The notes under the pieces are model-generated. The model did not search any database. It was not told the origin of the DNA and saw only the letters and a program-made list of their open reading frames with translations. Source: Aplysia californica (taxonomy: Eukaryota). Taken from it: a stretch of DNA of 64,000 nucleotides. A program made the position numbers and the translations under genes. Below, piece after piece: positions 12,168 to 25,726 of this stretch. Positions within the stretch are counted from its first letter, which is position 1. Every line of letters begins with the position of its first letter. Where the stretch lies: assembly GCF_000002075.1 (NCBI RefSeq), contig NW_004797412.1, positions 1,340,478 to 1,404,477 on the forward strand, given 5' to 3'.

Positions 12168-14685
12168 NNNNNNNNNNNNNNNNNNNNNNNNNNNNNNNNN
12201 NNNNNNNNNNNNNNNNNNNNNNNNNNNNNNNNNNNNNNNNNNNNNNNNNNNNNNNNNNNNNNNNNNNCCCCAAATGTGACTAAAGGGAAGTAATCAACGT
12301 AATAATTTTGTTCCTTGAGCATCTGCAATTTTTCAATCCATCAGAAGTTGTTCTCATGTGTGCTGATGTTTCACGTTTGAAGGTGTCCCTGGTCTTAATG
12401 ATGTGCCAGTATCAGAGGTTAGATGTCCTTTTTTCTTTTTTTTTTACTTTTTTTACTTTTTTTTTCCTCTCTAGATCTACAGCTGAAAGTTACAGAGATT
12501 ATATTTTTAAGTTGGGTTTTTTTCTGATTTGTATTGTTTTCTTTCCAAATGCACAACAAATTACAGATACTGATATATTCTGTTTTCAATGTTTCTGTAC
12601 ATAAAACATAAAAATTCTTGCCGAAAAAGTGCAAAACATGTCACAAATGGTGTTACAGTAACTTGCATAATTTTTGCTTAATTTTGCTTCTTTTTTTTTT
12701 GGGGGGGGGGGCATAATTTGACCATCTAAATTTGCATAGTTCTGCGGAGGCAGATTACCTCTCTAATGACTTGGCAAAAAAATATTGGCTGAAATTTGCC
12801 CCAATTTGTAGAACTAACCAATGTAAAAAAAAATATTGTTCAACTAAAAACACAAATATTGAGTGTCCTGTCTTCTCACTGGAGTGTGAGAAAATCCGTT
12901 CTTAATATCCCTGGTTACAGAATTGTTTTCTCGGTAGGTACCCTCGATGATGTCGCCAATGCGCTAATACACAAAGGACGGAGGTTGACAGTGTTTATTT
13001 AGATACCTAAGGTCTGTCTCCAGTCTAAATTCACCTTGCTATTTGGGAACTAAATGAATCGGACTCACAAATTGAAGAAAAAAGTCAGGTGTGCACTTCT
13101 GAATACACTTAACAGTCTCTAATTTTCTCATTTCCTTTTCAACGAAGGCTTGTTCTTTTGTGCTCAATACAGGGTTTCTCAAAAGAAAAGGCTGTGGTAG
13201 ATCAATATAATGAATTTTTACTCCACAAGATATCCATTTTAATACTTCCGAATTGTTCGTTATTTTCACCCAATTGTCCAGTCTCAGACTAGCAGCACCT
13301 TGAAACATTAAACATACACACCCCAAGAGAAATGGCAGTTCTTTAACGTAAATACAGCCTCCTGATTGGCTGAGTATCTATTATTCATCGTCCGGCCTCG
13401 ACTTTATTGGCGGACGACTGCTGCCGAATAGGGATCCCCCGTGACCTGAGTAGTTGTAACTTCTCTGTGCCCCTGCTCTTCCAAACTGGAAAGGGGGGAA
13501 GGTCCGACCCCGAGCCCTGCGAGGGTTGGTAGTGGTAGATCTATGCTGACCTTGTCGCGATTGTGCTGCAGCAAGCTCGGCAACCACTCTTAGGGAGATG
13601 CGTCGTTAAAGATCTCAGAATTGTTTTCAAATTGTCTGAAAATGCGGGATATTTCATTGTTGAAAGTACTTTTAACAACTATATTCGCGTATTCACTTTG
13701 GAGAAATCTGATTTGTGCCTTAGCACATGTCACATTGTCGCGGTCAACTCGAGACGTATGGGATGGGTCAATAGAAGAAAGAACTTTCAGGGTCACCTCG
13801 GCATTGTTTTATCCCTGTTGACGTGTCGTTCAGTTTTAGTCCAACTGGGATTTGCACACGGGTTAGAGTCTCTAAAACGCTCAAACTCTCTTTTTAAGTC
13901 AGTTGCTTGCAAGCGCGCAGGGCTGACTGGGGCTGCTTAGCCCTTTCGGATTCGAGCGTCGCTCTGTTAGTCGTAGGATTACAGTAATTTAAAGTAAAGT
14001 CTTTTGGCGCACTTACTGATGATACGTATGTAGCCTCAGCTGATTCTGTCGTCAGAGTGGGTCTAGACCTGGGTGGTTCAGCGGAATGTGTGTTTTTGTC
14101 CCCGTGAGGAGCGGGCTTTAATGCAGTCTCTTTCACGATTGAAAGTCTCTAATCTAGTGACAACAACAAGTTTTTAATATCTTACAGTTTTGTTTCCACA
14201 CCTTCTGCCATGCCCTTGAGCTGTTACAGTACCTCTTTTCCGATGCAGAAACCAATGGAAACAAATGTTGACACGATGATCAATGAAGGGGCTCCAAGTG
14301 AAAAAGCACAGTGGCAAAGACAATGGAGAACACATTGGGATTTCCAGTCGTTGTCTGCCTGTTTTACTTTTTCCCAGCACTAAAACCTTTCTTATGTTAA
14401 TTTGCTTCTATTTCCTCAAATGAACTCAAAACAAAACCAAAAAAATGTTGTGGCGATGACCCTTTGGCATTTAGATATCTAATTACTTTTTGTTTAACCT
14501 GCAGGTGGACTTTCCAGCGCCAGGAGCCATTCCACTGTCAACTGTGTGAAAAGCTTCATCGCAATACCAGCACGGGACATTACGAAAACCTGCAGAAAAG
14601 TGTAAAAGGTACGGAGTTGGACCCCCAATGTTGGGCGCCCACAGACTTGACAAATGAGAAGTCGAGAAAAGCAGGACGTCACTAA
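1284..14685 (+). CDS. Gene A: GT10 alpha-1,3-fucosyltransferase-like type II membrane protein. Exons 1284-1885, 4452-4532, 5475-5603, 6707-6870, 9728-9938, 11605-11764, [83-nt exon not seen], 14505-14685; about 536 aa if complete
   Basis: Spliced by hand using GT-AG sites with consistent phases. Shows an N-terminal TM segment, CRYNQCGYTKDMSRADAVLF, RPRKQRW, FNWTATY, LAWFVSHC..R, YKFYLAFENAFCIDYITEKFFK, IPVVRG and C-terminal FHCQLCEKLH...CW. Confidence 0.93.
4452..4532 (+). CDS. Gene A exon 2 (RFSEPVVQASIKYISAVIPKDKNLFSKS)
   Basis: ctttcctcAG acceptor and GTgagt donor; 81 nt, open, phase 2-2, fits between exons 1 and 3. No homology support from gene B. Confidence 0.65.
5475..5603 (+). CDS. 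Gene A exon 3 (FSYCRYNQCGYTKDMSRADAVLFRAST...RPRKQR)
   Basis: GT10 N-terminal C..C..T.D...ADAVLF motif; AG/GTaag sites; 129 nt, same as gene B exon 3. Confidence 0.92.
6707..6870 (+). CDS. Gene A exon 4 (WVITTIDP...FNWTATYQLGADIPRLLG)
   Basis: 164 nt, same length and phase as 42984-43147; FNWT.TY motif. Confidence 0.92.
7720..8332. repeat. AGATCT-rich degenerate tandem repeat
   Basis: Repeated tctagatc and ctattcacagcaggaaaa...ttcaatactttcat modules; a pure (ATCTAG)n tract also at 26819-26886. Confidence 0.7.
9728..9938 (+). CDS. Gene A exon 5 (KIYDGKTELLAWFVSHCETRSQREQYV...VFGRCG...YK)
   Basis: GT10 AWFVS.C....R..YV and V.V(F/Y)G.CG motifs; phases 1 and 2 fit the neighbouring exons. Confidence 0.93.
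11605..11764 (+). CDS. Gene A exon 6 (FYLAFENAFCIDYITEKFFK...IPVVRGG)
   Basis: Alpha-1,3-FucT signature motif; 160 nt; AG/GT sites. Confidence 0.96.
12760..14140 (-). mobile_element. Degenerate DIRS-like (tyrosine-recombinase class) retrotransposon fragment: gag-like ORF plus the start of RT
   Basis: Minus strand reads WVKITNNSEVLKWISCG...FVSPIHLVPK*QGEFRLETDLRYLNKHC...DIKNGFSHTPV...YLCF with stops; basic gag-like ORF pieces at 13381-14136. No recombinase seen. Confidence 0.78.
14505..14685 (+). CDS. Gene A last exon (WTFQRQEPFHCQLCEKLH...CWAP...stop)
   Basis: cctgcAG acceptor; C..C..LH motif; homologous to 53304-53466. Confidence 0.9.
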
Positions 14686-14765
14686 TCACGTGAGGTGCAA
14701 GACATGCGCTTTCGTGGTGCAACACAAGCTTGAATAGACCTAATATTTATCTTGGATAGGGGTTT

Positions 14766-14828
<63 letters not shown>

Positions 14829-16946
14829 GCTGCTGTTGTTGTTCTCGTTGTCGGTTGGGGGGGGGGGGGAGTTTGTCTTTTTCCGTGCGTGTTTGTCCTG
14901 CATTTTTATACTACTTCTTGCATTTTGTTCATTTACACTTTTCGTTAGAAAATTAAGGTTGGTATAACTATAGGTAGTGTAGTGTGTAAAACCCAACATC
15001 GCGAGGTGTGCTTTCAACGATGTTGGGGTGTGTTTTGTTTGTTTATTTGTTTTTGGTTTTGTCTTTGTATTTTTGGGTTTCTTTAGAGGGTGCTTTTTTT
15101 TTGTTGTTTTTTTGGGGGGGTGGGGGGTGGGGGGGTTGTAATCAACGATTTATAACTTGTTCAGCTAAACTGTCCGAAGTACCGTTCAAGGGAGTAGCAG
15201 CTCTTTTTTAAATCAATGATTTATTACATGTTGTTTTATGATGCACTTAAACATGGCCAAAGAACGGTTCGCGGAGGGTAACAGATGCTGCTGGCCAAAA
15301 ACCTGTGCAGTGGCGTTTTACTTATAAACATAGTCACAGGGGCTGCAATGCAAGCGGGGGGGGGGGGAGAGAGAGAGAGAGAGAGAGGGGGGGGAGAAGA
15401 GGGGGGGGGAGAGAGAACATAGGGGGTTTTTTCTTTGTCGTAGTAGAGACCCGAGATTTACACCTTTTTGACCACCAGCTGTTGAGTCCGAAATCTTCAG
15501 ACAAAAAGCTGTGGAATGCCGTGGAAATAGACTGCTTTTACAAAGCGCATATGTTGCTCCAAAGTGGGATGCACCTGTGTTATTAGTCACCTTAAAACAC
15601 CTTCAGATTTCGACTTTTTTTCAGTTCCCTTTGAAGCATTCAGTACAAGCCGCGGTTTAACGATTAGGCTCTTTTCTGTTGCCGCGGGAGACCTGAGTTC
15701 GAATTCCGAGTGTGGAGAAATTTGTGTCGAGAATCTCGGTCTTTCTATGGGGAGGTTATATCTATCTCAGCCCAGATTTATCCACTGACAGGTTGGGTCG
15801 AAGCCCACCATGATGACCTGTGTATTAAAGGGGGTGTAAGCAGACCTACATTTTCTTATCTTTTTTTTAAATTATGGCCTGCTCTTTAATTGGCCGAACT
15901 AAAAAATTATGGTCTAGACGTGACAGACAAAAAAAATCCCCTTTGATTTTGGACAACCGATTGGGTTTGGGCAAGCCAGCATCAAAATATAATGAAAAAA
16001 CTCTTATCAGACCCTTTGCAGCCTGTGGGACGATGATGCAAAGTCGGAAGGGTTTACCCTAGCAATGGTAATTTCACAAATACGTTATGTTGTAAGTCGG
16101 GTCTATTTCTCTATATTTTAATCTATATGTAACACAACCAAATGGTTCCTGGTCGCCTCTCTTTTCCATATGGCTTATTACTTGCGAGCACGCACCAGTA
16201 TTCCACTGTCCGGTGAACTTGATTTTAAATTCAAGGAGTATTTGGGGCTCTTTGTGTTCTTATATTTCGTTGTCGCTTGTCTCTTCGTTTTCTCTGCTTC
16301 TGTGTGCACTTGGGGTATTTTTAACAAAATCCATAATGTACTGATGCGCCATATATTACAACCTCACCGTTNNNNNNNNNNNNNNNNNNNNNNNNNNNNN
16401 NNNNNNNNNNNNNNNNNNNNNNNNNNNNNNNNNNNNNNNNNNNNNNNNNNNNNNNNNNNNNNNNNNNNNNNNNNNNNNNNNNNNNNNNNNNNNNNNNNNN
16501 NNNNNNTACCCTGCCCAATTCTATCATCTGGCGCATTTGTGTTTAGTAGTAACAAAAAATTGCAGCATTTAGGATTTTGAAACTAGCTGGTTAGTCTTAG
16601 AGTAAATACACAAGAGAAAAGAAAGATAAATAAATCTTTCGCTCAAATAACGTTTTTAGTCTGTTACAAATCCATGGCTAGCATAGCTCCAACTAGAAAT
16701 GGTTACAACAACAGCTGGTTAGTAAACTCGCACAAAAAAGTCAAGGAACAAAAATTCAAAGAAAGATAACTGAAGAACAGTTTAACCAAATTTATTCATT
16801 TTTTCCAAAAAGTTGCTTTCAACTCTTTAGATTAAGTGTGTACAATTTCAGATTTCAACAAAAACGAGAAGTTCATGTAATATGAGTTTAAGTCACACTG
16901 GTCGGATTTCAAAAGTCTGAATAGCCATAGTTCTTCATGAACATGG

Positions 16947-17941
16947 TCAATAGTGGGTGTAGCCAGTCCGTTTGATTAAACACTCGGCACAGCGTCGACG
17001 TATGGACAGGACATGCCTTCGGGGGACTTGTTGCTGCAGTAGGTTCTGGACGAGGTAGCCAAGAGTTGCTTAAGGTTTTGTGCAGGAGAGTGGTTGTCTC
17101 TTAGCCACAGGTCAGTGGGATCCCAAATGTTCTCTATTGGGTTCAAATCCGGACTACAAGCTGGTCAGTCCATGCGGGTGACAGCTCGCTGCTACAGGAA
17201 GTCCCCAACGATTCGTGCGCGATGTGGCGTGGCGTTGTCGTCCTGCATTACAGCCTGGGGTCCAATCTGTGGCAGGAGAGAAACAGCAAGGGGGTTGCAG
17301 GATTTCCTTCCTGTACCTTTCTGCGGTCAAATTGCCCTGTATATGGTACAGGGGGGTCTTGTGGTGAGCTGAAAAGCCTCCCCACACTGTAGGGCGCCAC
17401 CTGCTGGATGCACTCAGTGTGGAACAGCTCTCCTCGGCGCCTCCAGACGTGGGCTCGCTTGTCTGGGTGCAGCAGGTTGAATCTGGATTCGTCCGAGAAG
17501 ACTACCTGGTCCCACTGACATTGTGTCCACTGTGAATGGTGAGCAGACCACGCCCGACCAGCTGCTGTGTGGGGCAGTGTGTGCCTTGGGCACCTGGCAG
17601 GGACACGAGAAGCGAACTTGGCTCTACGGATACCGTTCCTTACCGTCTCCTCGTTCTCGTGGACATTGGCAGTCACCTGTACTTGGTCCCTGGTGCCATT
17701 TGAAGTAGTGGTTCGTGACGTCACGGCCTGTCTGACAATGAACCGGTCGATGCTGTCGTTGGTCAAACATGGCACCCTGGTTGAGGCCTGTCCTGGACCC
17801 TTCCCGTCGCTCGTCATCGCTCTTGCAGCCTCCATATGACTGATGGGGACACCCCAAGTCGATGTGCAATAATTGGGAACGTGGAGTAATCTTGCAACCA
17901 GGCAAGGACTCGTCCTTGGACCATCGTGTTGTAATGAGACG
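16947..17941 (-). pseudogene. Tc1-family transposase pseudogene
   Basis: HTH IAHRLGVSPSVIWRL, WDQVVFSDESRFNL, VWGGF, QDDNATPH, PACSPDLNPIENIWD, and C-terminal SIRRRC...GYTHY*; several stops and frameshifts; TIRs not resolved. Confidence 0.9.
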
Positions 17942-18038
17942 TGTCTGAAAATCGCTGCCTTATAACTTATAAAAGGTTGTAAGGGAGCAATAATCACACC
18001 TAAGACATCTGTTTAGCACGTGCCAAGCTTAGTTTTAG

Positions 18039-18534
18039 CAATGATAATACATAACAAGATGGGCCACTCAGCCAAAAAAGTGTCCGCAGGAAGTATGCTC
18101 TTTGCTTCAGATGGCGCTGCAGTCTGTTTTGAAGCTCTCTTTCGTTTTTCCAGAAGAAGAATAGGAATAGCACCTCCTTGCGTGCGCAGATCGACTGCTG
18201 TTCATCAGCAGTTCGGGTACGTTCAGTGCGGAGTTTTAGTTTTTTTATATTTTAATGACCTCTCGCCTTTCATTCTAAAGTCAAATTAAACAAAGAAAAC
18301 CATCACCCTTTCCTCCGGAAGAGGTTTTTTGTCAGCGTAACCATTTTAAAAAAGCGTTCTTCCGAAATTTATCCAAAAAACTTGCTAGTTTCACTTTGAT
18401 TTTGTAAAACTCAAGTAGGGTAACTCTGTTCGCAAAGAGTGCGCTTTTGTGAAGAGGGCGCCACCAAATTTGGAGGACACTTTTTTAATTGGCTCAAAGA
18501 GAGAAGTGGCCCATCTTGTTATGTACTATCATTG
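18039..18534. mobile_element. MITE with ~30-bp TIRs; relatives at 39358-39643 and a fragment at ~41510-41700
   Basis: caatgataatacataacaagatgggccact inverted at 18505-18534; internal ttcagatggcgctg...ccagaagaagaataggaatagcac shared with the 39.4-kb copy. Confidence 0.75.
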
Positions 18535-19099
18535 GTTTTAGCTAACAGTCCCTATGCCAATGTTGCTGAAGCAGAGAAATTTAGCCCATTTTTCATGATT
18601 TTCGACTGTGTTTCAGACAGCCCTGCGCCGTCACTGTGAAGCTAGTGCGGGCAAATTTGCTGTACAGGCAAACTGTGTCTAGTTGTCAGTGCATGTGCCA
18701 AGTTTGGTTGACTGATCTTAACGGGTTTGTGAGATATTGAAGTTTAAATTTGACAGGTGAAAACACAAGCTGTTCCTTGACTTTTTGGGCGAGTTTAGTT
18801 AATTGTACAGATAACGTTAGTCCTACATTTCTCTGCTTTACAAGTCACGAGGTGGGCACCGTCTTTTCCACTCCCTTGTGGAGTCGTCTTTAAAGTGTCA
18901 CCGAAGATTCCGAAAGTTTGCCCGAAGTCTCTTATTATGGCGGTGACATTGTCCGTATTGGTACCTAATTTATAGGGTCAAGACGAGTAAGTAGAGGGGA
19001 ATAGATAGAGATACAAATTTGCTGGTATGGGGGTGGTGGTTTTATGTTTGCATCTGTATATATTTAGCCTCTTTTTAATATTTGGTTGTTGTTGTTGTT

Positions 19100-19156
<57 letters not shown>

Positions 19157-20040
19157 CAAGTTGTTGGCTTTTGGGGGTGTTTTGTGTGTGGTTTATTTGT
19201 TGGGGGGGGGTTGGAGGGGGGGATGCGGTGGTGGGTTTTTTTATTACACTTTCATTGTATTTCATGTAATGAGTGAGAGCACTGTGCCATATAAATCATG
19301 AACATTCCATGCACCATGTGGGCGAGTTTTGACAATTTTTCTTTAAATTGATTTTGAGATAATACATAATTCAAATCGATTGTTGCCTTTTCATCAAGCA
19401 AAATTAAACATTGAAGCAAAACAATTTTTCGTTGACGGCGTAAACAAATAAACGGATATATTTGCACCTCTCATCGTTCTTTTCTTTTGTCATGAGCCCA
19501 TGGTTTCAGTAGTTCACTTATACATAAGGGTGATGTCATAGAAAGTGGGCGAGATCTAACTACTTCCTCGCGAGGTGAAACGGAATCAGCTGTGCTATTG
19601 CAAGCAGACGACCTGAGTTTGATTCCTGTTTGAAAAGAATTGCTATCCAGCATGCTGGTCCTTCTACTGGGACGTTGTACCTTTCTCAGCCTGGGTTAGC
19701 CCTGACAGGCAGAGCCGAAAGCAGCCTCCTGAATGCCTAAAGTAACTAAATTTAAATTATGTCGTTATCGTCTCTTTTGGTGTGGATTTAACGAATGTCT
19801 TGGCATGGTGAGGATGTTTTCAAGGCTGAATCTCTGAATTCAATGTCCATTTCTGATATTAGCGAGTTGATCTGCTGGATTAACTTAAGTTCAAGAAAGG
19901 CCTGTTAAGGATTCGAACTAGCATCACCCACTTCGAAACCTAGCTCTCATCTACATGTTAGCATAATTTGAATTCACAGTCTTACAACTAATGAAGCGTG
20001 TTATTTTTTCTAAAGTATATCTTTCTATCTATCTATCTGT

Positions 20041-20075
<35 letters not shown>

Positions 20076-20499
20076 GCTATCTAGCTATCTATCTATCTAG
20101 CTATCTAGCTATCTAGCTATTTAGCTATCTATCTGTCTGTCTATCGTAACGTTCCCTGAGTACAAAGGTAGTGCACCAGCGTCTGTGTTGTAGCAGTCAG
20201 GCGCTTCGCTGCAACAAACAGGAGACACGAGTTCGATTCCCGAGTGAGTAGACAATTTGTATCCAGTATCTTGACTTTTCAACTGAGAAGTATCCCTCTA
20301 AGCGAGGGATGGCCCTGACATGCAGTGTCGGAAGCCCGCTTCCTAGATGATCTAAATTGTGTCTATGAGGGCGTAAAAACGCATACAATGCTACAAAAAA
20401 AAGAGCAGTACAATTGAGCATGTGAGTCTGTACGTTCTTGTGCGTCGATGGAACTAGATTCGTATACGATCTCTTAGTATTTGAAAAGTGTTCAGAAAC

Positions 20500-20791
20500 T
20501 ATTAAAGATAGATAAGCCTATCACTATCAGGCATTTTGGATTAGCATTAGTCGACAGTGAAGTCTGGCCACCGGAATGTGACCGGGAGGGGATGACGGAT
20601 GTTACTTTTTGTTTTGTTGTGGAAAGATCTAACGGCTGACAACACAGGTTGATACTCATGGTTTTGTTGAGAGCGTGTTGCTCAAATTTCTCTTAATAAA
20701 CTTTACCCTTTGAAAACGAATCTGAACTGTTATGCTTGCATGACTGCTGATGGGAAAGAAAACTATTAGATCTAGATCTACATTCATTAAA
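20500..20791 (+). repeat. 5' LTR
   Basis: Matches 25727-25792 plus 29705-29929; contains AATAAA at 20695. Confidence 0.93.
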
Positions 20792-20809
20792 TGGTGCCGA
20801 AATCCGGGA
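20792..20809 (+). promoter_or_regulatory. Primer binding site (tRNA-Phe type)
   Basis: TGGTGCCGAAATCCGGGA, one mismatch from the complement of the metazoan tRNA-Phe 3' end (TGGTGCCGAAACCCGGGA). Confidence 0.8.
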
Positions 20810-21374
20810 GTTTCGTTTAGAAGTGGTGAGTCTAAGAGAAAGAGGACCTGAGTATCGAGTATCGATAGGCCTAGATTCTAGATCCTGAGAAGGCCTAGAT
20901 CTAGATTGAAGACAAGACAGAAGAATGGCCGAGGCTGAAGAAAGTGAAACTGGGGTGGTTGTTTTGCCATCTCAGGCCTTTAGAACCAGGACATCAGCCA
21001 AAAGTTGGCTCACTAGAGCAGAGAAAGCACTCCAGGATCTGCTGACTAAAGCAGAGGGAAAAGTGTTACTGAGTGCAACAGAACTAGAATTCGGAATCGA
21101 ACAATTCCAAAAGAGACTGGAGGCGTTCGACCTCTGCCAACAAAAGGTCGAAGAAGGGCTCAAATAGAGCAGTTAGAGACAGAAATAAACAATGCTGCAG
21201 ACTTCCGAGATATAAAAACCAGAAGCTTAGTCAGAGCAAAAGAACTGCTCGATAGAACAGTCGGGGACAGAGAAGGGTGGTACAACTGGGACAGATGAAA
21301 AGAGGCTGTTTACACAGACTCAGGGCAGAGCCCTTTTCTGTCATTATGAAATTTCTGAAAGGGTCATCAGACAA

Positions 21375-24300
21375 ATGTGGGACTTGGAATCAGTTGGGAT
21401 TGTGGGAAATGAGAATAATGGTATGCCCACTCCGGATGAAGAGAAGGTACTGAAAACCTTTAACAAAGACATCCTGTTTGATGGAAACAGATACGAGGTA
21501 AGACTGCCCTGGAAGAATAGAACCTTGTTGATGACAAATGAAGAAGAAGCCTATGTGCGGCTTGAGAGACTGACCAGAAAGCTGTCAAAGAACCCTCAGT
21601 TGAGGGAAAGGTATGATTCTGTGTTAGCTGACTTAGAGAAGGATGGAATAATTCATGAAATTTCACAGGATGAACTAGAGACGGAGCAGACAGTTTTCTA
21701 TCTCCCACACAGGCCAGTGGTCAGAGAAGATAGCATTACAACCAAGGTCAGGCCAGTGTTCGATGCCTCAGCCAGAGGTAAGAATGGAATCTCCTTAAAT
21801 GACTGTATTGAGACGGGTCCAAATTTGATTCCAGAGTTAATTCAAGTGCTTCTACGTTTCAGAAGATGGAAATTTGGACTGACGGCAGACATTCAAAAGG
21901 CCTTCCTACAGATCAAACTCAACAAAGAGGACCAGAATGTACACCGATTCCTGTGGGATGTCAACAATCAAATCAGAGTGATGAGATTCGACAGAGTCAT
22001 CTTTGGAAATGCTTGTAGCCCCTTTTTATTGAATGCAACATTGAGATTCCATCTTGAAAAGTTTGCAGATTCCAGGACGGTGAGAGAACTCAGAGAAAAC
22101 CTCTATGTTGATGACTGGCTGACAGGAGCGGACACCGAAGAAGAATTGGTGGAAATGATGACAAAAGCAAGGGAAACTTTGGAACAGGGAGGATTTCCTC
22201 TTACAAAATGGGCATCAAACAGTTGTAGGGCTAGAGAAGCAACAGGTAAGACATTCCATGTATCCACAGAAGCCACAGGCGCAAAGGTAACTGGAATCTC
22301 ATGGAACACCGTGGAGGACTGCTTCAACTTTGAGACCCTTGAAGTATCAACAGAGATGGTGTTGACGAAGAGAAAACTACTGAGCATCATTGCCAGAGTT
22401 TTTGACCCTCTTGGAATGCTGACCCCATACACCATCACTTTGTAGATACTCTTTCAGCAGGTCTGGAGGGCAGGCCATGACTGGGATCAAGCACTACCAG
22501 ACGATATACAAGAACCAGTCTCGAAATGGATCGAGGGACTACAGGAAATTAGGAACTGGGGACTTCCCCGCTGCCTATCAACCCAGGCCTGGAGTAGCAT
22601 TGAAGCAATGGAACTGATTGCTTTCTCTGATGCGTCAGAAAAGGCCTATGGATGCTGCATTTATTTGAGGGTTGTGAATACAACTTCAATTGAAACATCA
22701 CTGATCTTATCAAAGGCTAGAGTTGTGCTCCACTGAAGAAGATAACTCTCCCAAGACTTGAACTCTTGGCAGCAGTTTTGATGGCTAGACTGGTGGTATT
22801 TGTGAAGAGAGCACTCAAACTGGCAACAAACATACCCTACACCTGTTGGACAGACTCAAAGATAGTGCTGCACTGGATACAAGGCGAACCGCACAAATGG
22901 AAACAATTTGTCTGTAACCGAGTGACAGAGATACAAGAACTGACAAACCCAGCCAACTGGTAACACTGCCCAGGAAGGGTCAATCCTGCTGATCTCTTAA
23001 CCAGGGGCTTGAAAGCTAGAGGATTGATGAATTCCTTGCTGTGTAAAAATGGACCTGAATGGCTGAAACATTCTTGTCCTGAACCAACCAAAGGATCCTT
23101 GATGAAATCTGAACAAGAAAGGATACTAGAGACAGAAAGTGAAATGGCAGGGTCAGAGGTTGTGCTGATATCTGTCACAGGTGAAAGGAACCCATTCATC
23201 GATTATCACAGATTTGGGCAGTTTGGAAAGCTGTTAAGAGTAACAGCATGGGTGCTTAGCTTCATAGGAAATTTGAGGAAACCAAAGTCACAGAATTTCT
23301 CACAAAGAATTTCATCAGATGAAATAAACCAGGCGAGAACGACTCTCCTCAAATGCATCCAAAGAGAGCATTACAGACAGGAAATCTATGACCTGCAAGA
23401 AAAGAAAACAGTGAGCAAGAGGTCCCCGATAGCAGCACTCGCACCTTTCTTAGGAGAGGATGGATTGGTCCGGGTCAAGGGCCGACTGGAGAATGCCCCA
23501 AGCCTTATGTATGATGAAAAGCACCCAGTGGTGTTACCAAAGGGGCGTTTCTCATTTCTTTTGAATCGCTCGCAACACATGCAAATGAAACATGCAGGAG
23601 TGGAAACTTTGATCACAGCTATGAGAAACAAATACTGGATATCAGGAGTGAGAACGTTATCCAGGAAAGTCTGCAAGCAGTGCATAAGTTGTCAAAACAG
23701 GATTCCAGACCACAGGATCAGGCAACAGCGCCATTGCCAAGAGAGAGGATAACCAGGGCCCCACCTTTTTCTGTTGTGGGGGTGGACCATGCAGGCCCAA
23801 TGTACTGTGTAGACACTGGAGAGAAGAAGTTATACATTCTCATGATTGCCTGTGCGTTGACAAGGGCTGTTCACATTGAACTAGTTGACTCATTGTCTGT
23901 AGAAGATTGCATTTTGGCTCTTCGGAGATTTTCAGCAAGGCGTGGCATTCCCTCAGTGATTTACTCAGATAACGCCAAGACATTCAAAGGGGTGAGTAAT
24001 CTCATTCAATGTCAGATGGGTCCTATGACAATCACATGGAAATCCAATGCCCCCCTTGCGCCATGGTGGGAAGGTTGGAGGGAGCGTCTCATCCGATCGA
24101 CTAAATCTGGACTTCGGAAAACAAATGGAAAGAGATCAGTGACAAGGACGCACCTGGAGACTCTCATACATGAAGTAGAGGCTTGTATCAACTCTCGACC
24201 TCTCACGTATGCAGCTGAAATGAAGAATCCTTTGACACCGTCTCATTTCCTCATTGGCAGAGGGACACCCATGGTTTCAGCAGAGATCACAGACTACTGC

Positions 24301-24699
24301 AGAGACTTTGCAGACTTCCAGAGGAGAGAGCAAGTACGGCAAAATGCAATTGAACAATTTTGGAGAGTGTGGCAGAATGAATACATAAGATGTTTGCCAC
24401 CTATGAGACTGAGGAAGCCCAATGAAGAGATGAAGATTGGCTCACTAGCTCTCATCAGAGAGGAAGGCAGGCCTAGGTTACAATGGCCTTTAGCTGTTGT
24501 CACAAAGTTGTACCCTGGAAGAGATGGGTTTGTCCGAGCAGTGGAGTTGAAAACAGGTAAAGGGAAAATTAGCAGACCCATTCAGAGACTTCACAAGCTA
24601 GAGATTTTTGAAGAACAAGATAATGAAGAAGGGGAATTGCAGGGTCCTCTTCAAGGGGATTCAGACCCATGGGGCGTCTGGGGAAACCACTGTCACTGA
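21375..24699 (+). pseudogene. pol: BEL/Pao pol (RT - RNase H - integrase) with stops and frameshifts
   Basis: ORF pieces 21375-22445, 22766-22963, 23009-23752 and 23680-24699; stops at 22443 and 22961, frameshifts near 22725 and 23690. Confidence 0.93.
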
Positions 24700-25726
24700 C
24701 GAAGGGTCTGAGAATTCAAGGGAGACTGTGTCTTCCTCAGGGAGGGTGATCAAAAGAAGGGCAATTCTTGACTTGTAAGACTGTGGCTATTTAAACTGCA
24801 CCAGGGATTGTGACAGGTTACACTATTATTACAATGACTTTATGTTAACTGTAAATCTGAATTCACATTTGGTCAACATAACATAAATATTGTTAGTGAC
24901 TTGGTTTGATTTAACTTGAGAATTGGAAGGATTTACTCATTGATTTTGTTCAATTTCTATGGGTGCTTTAGATTGTTCCTTTTATTACCGGTACATTCAG
25001 ATGGATGTTTATGTTTTGTTTACAGGACAAGAACAATATTCTATCCTTTGAAATTTAGTTTTATTGATCTTGATGATGTGTAGTAATATGCTCAGAAGAA
25101 TTATTTTGGTACTTGAGCCATGGTAGGCTTACTTTCTGATGGAGGTCATTTGACACACTTTGTTTGATTCGTGTATGACACTGATACATGACTGTATGAT
25201 TTCTATAGATTGGTCCCTGATAGATAGTAGCAAGGTTTGCCTACTTGATAGAAATTGGATATGATTTGTAATTGTTGAGTAATGATACAGCGTATGAATG
25301 ACTTATGATTATTTGACAGTAGAAGTCTATTTAGTATTAGCATGATGACTTTGGAAGAGTGGGCAGTACGCTTGATAAATAGAAGTTGGTTATGGACAGC
25401 ACTTGGATTTAATGGGAAGCTACAGGTACATTCCTAGACTTGGGACTTCTGAGATTGATAATGCGGCTTATTGATATTGATGTAAAACCAGTCCAGAATG
25501 TTGATCTGAGACAGAGATGTATTTGAGTATTACATGAATATTCTTAGATTGATGAACCTAATACGGTTAAGGTTATGAGAATTTATTCACTTTTTTTCTC
25601 TTGCGGTATTTTGAGCTGTGAATGTTTGATATTGAATTGGAGTACTGATTGAAGTTACATTAGCTACCAGTAATTGGATTGTTGACTTTTCGGATTGTCA
25701 GGGGAGCTAATCCAAGGTGGGGAGTA

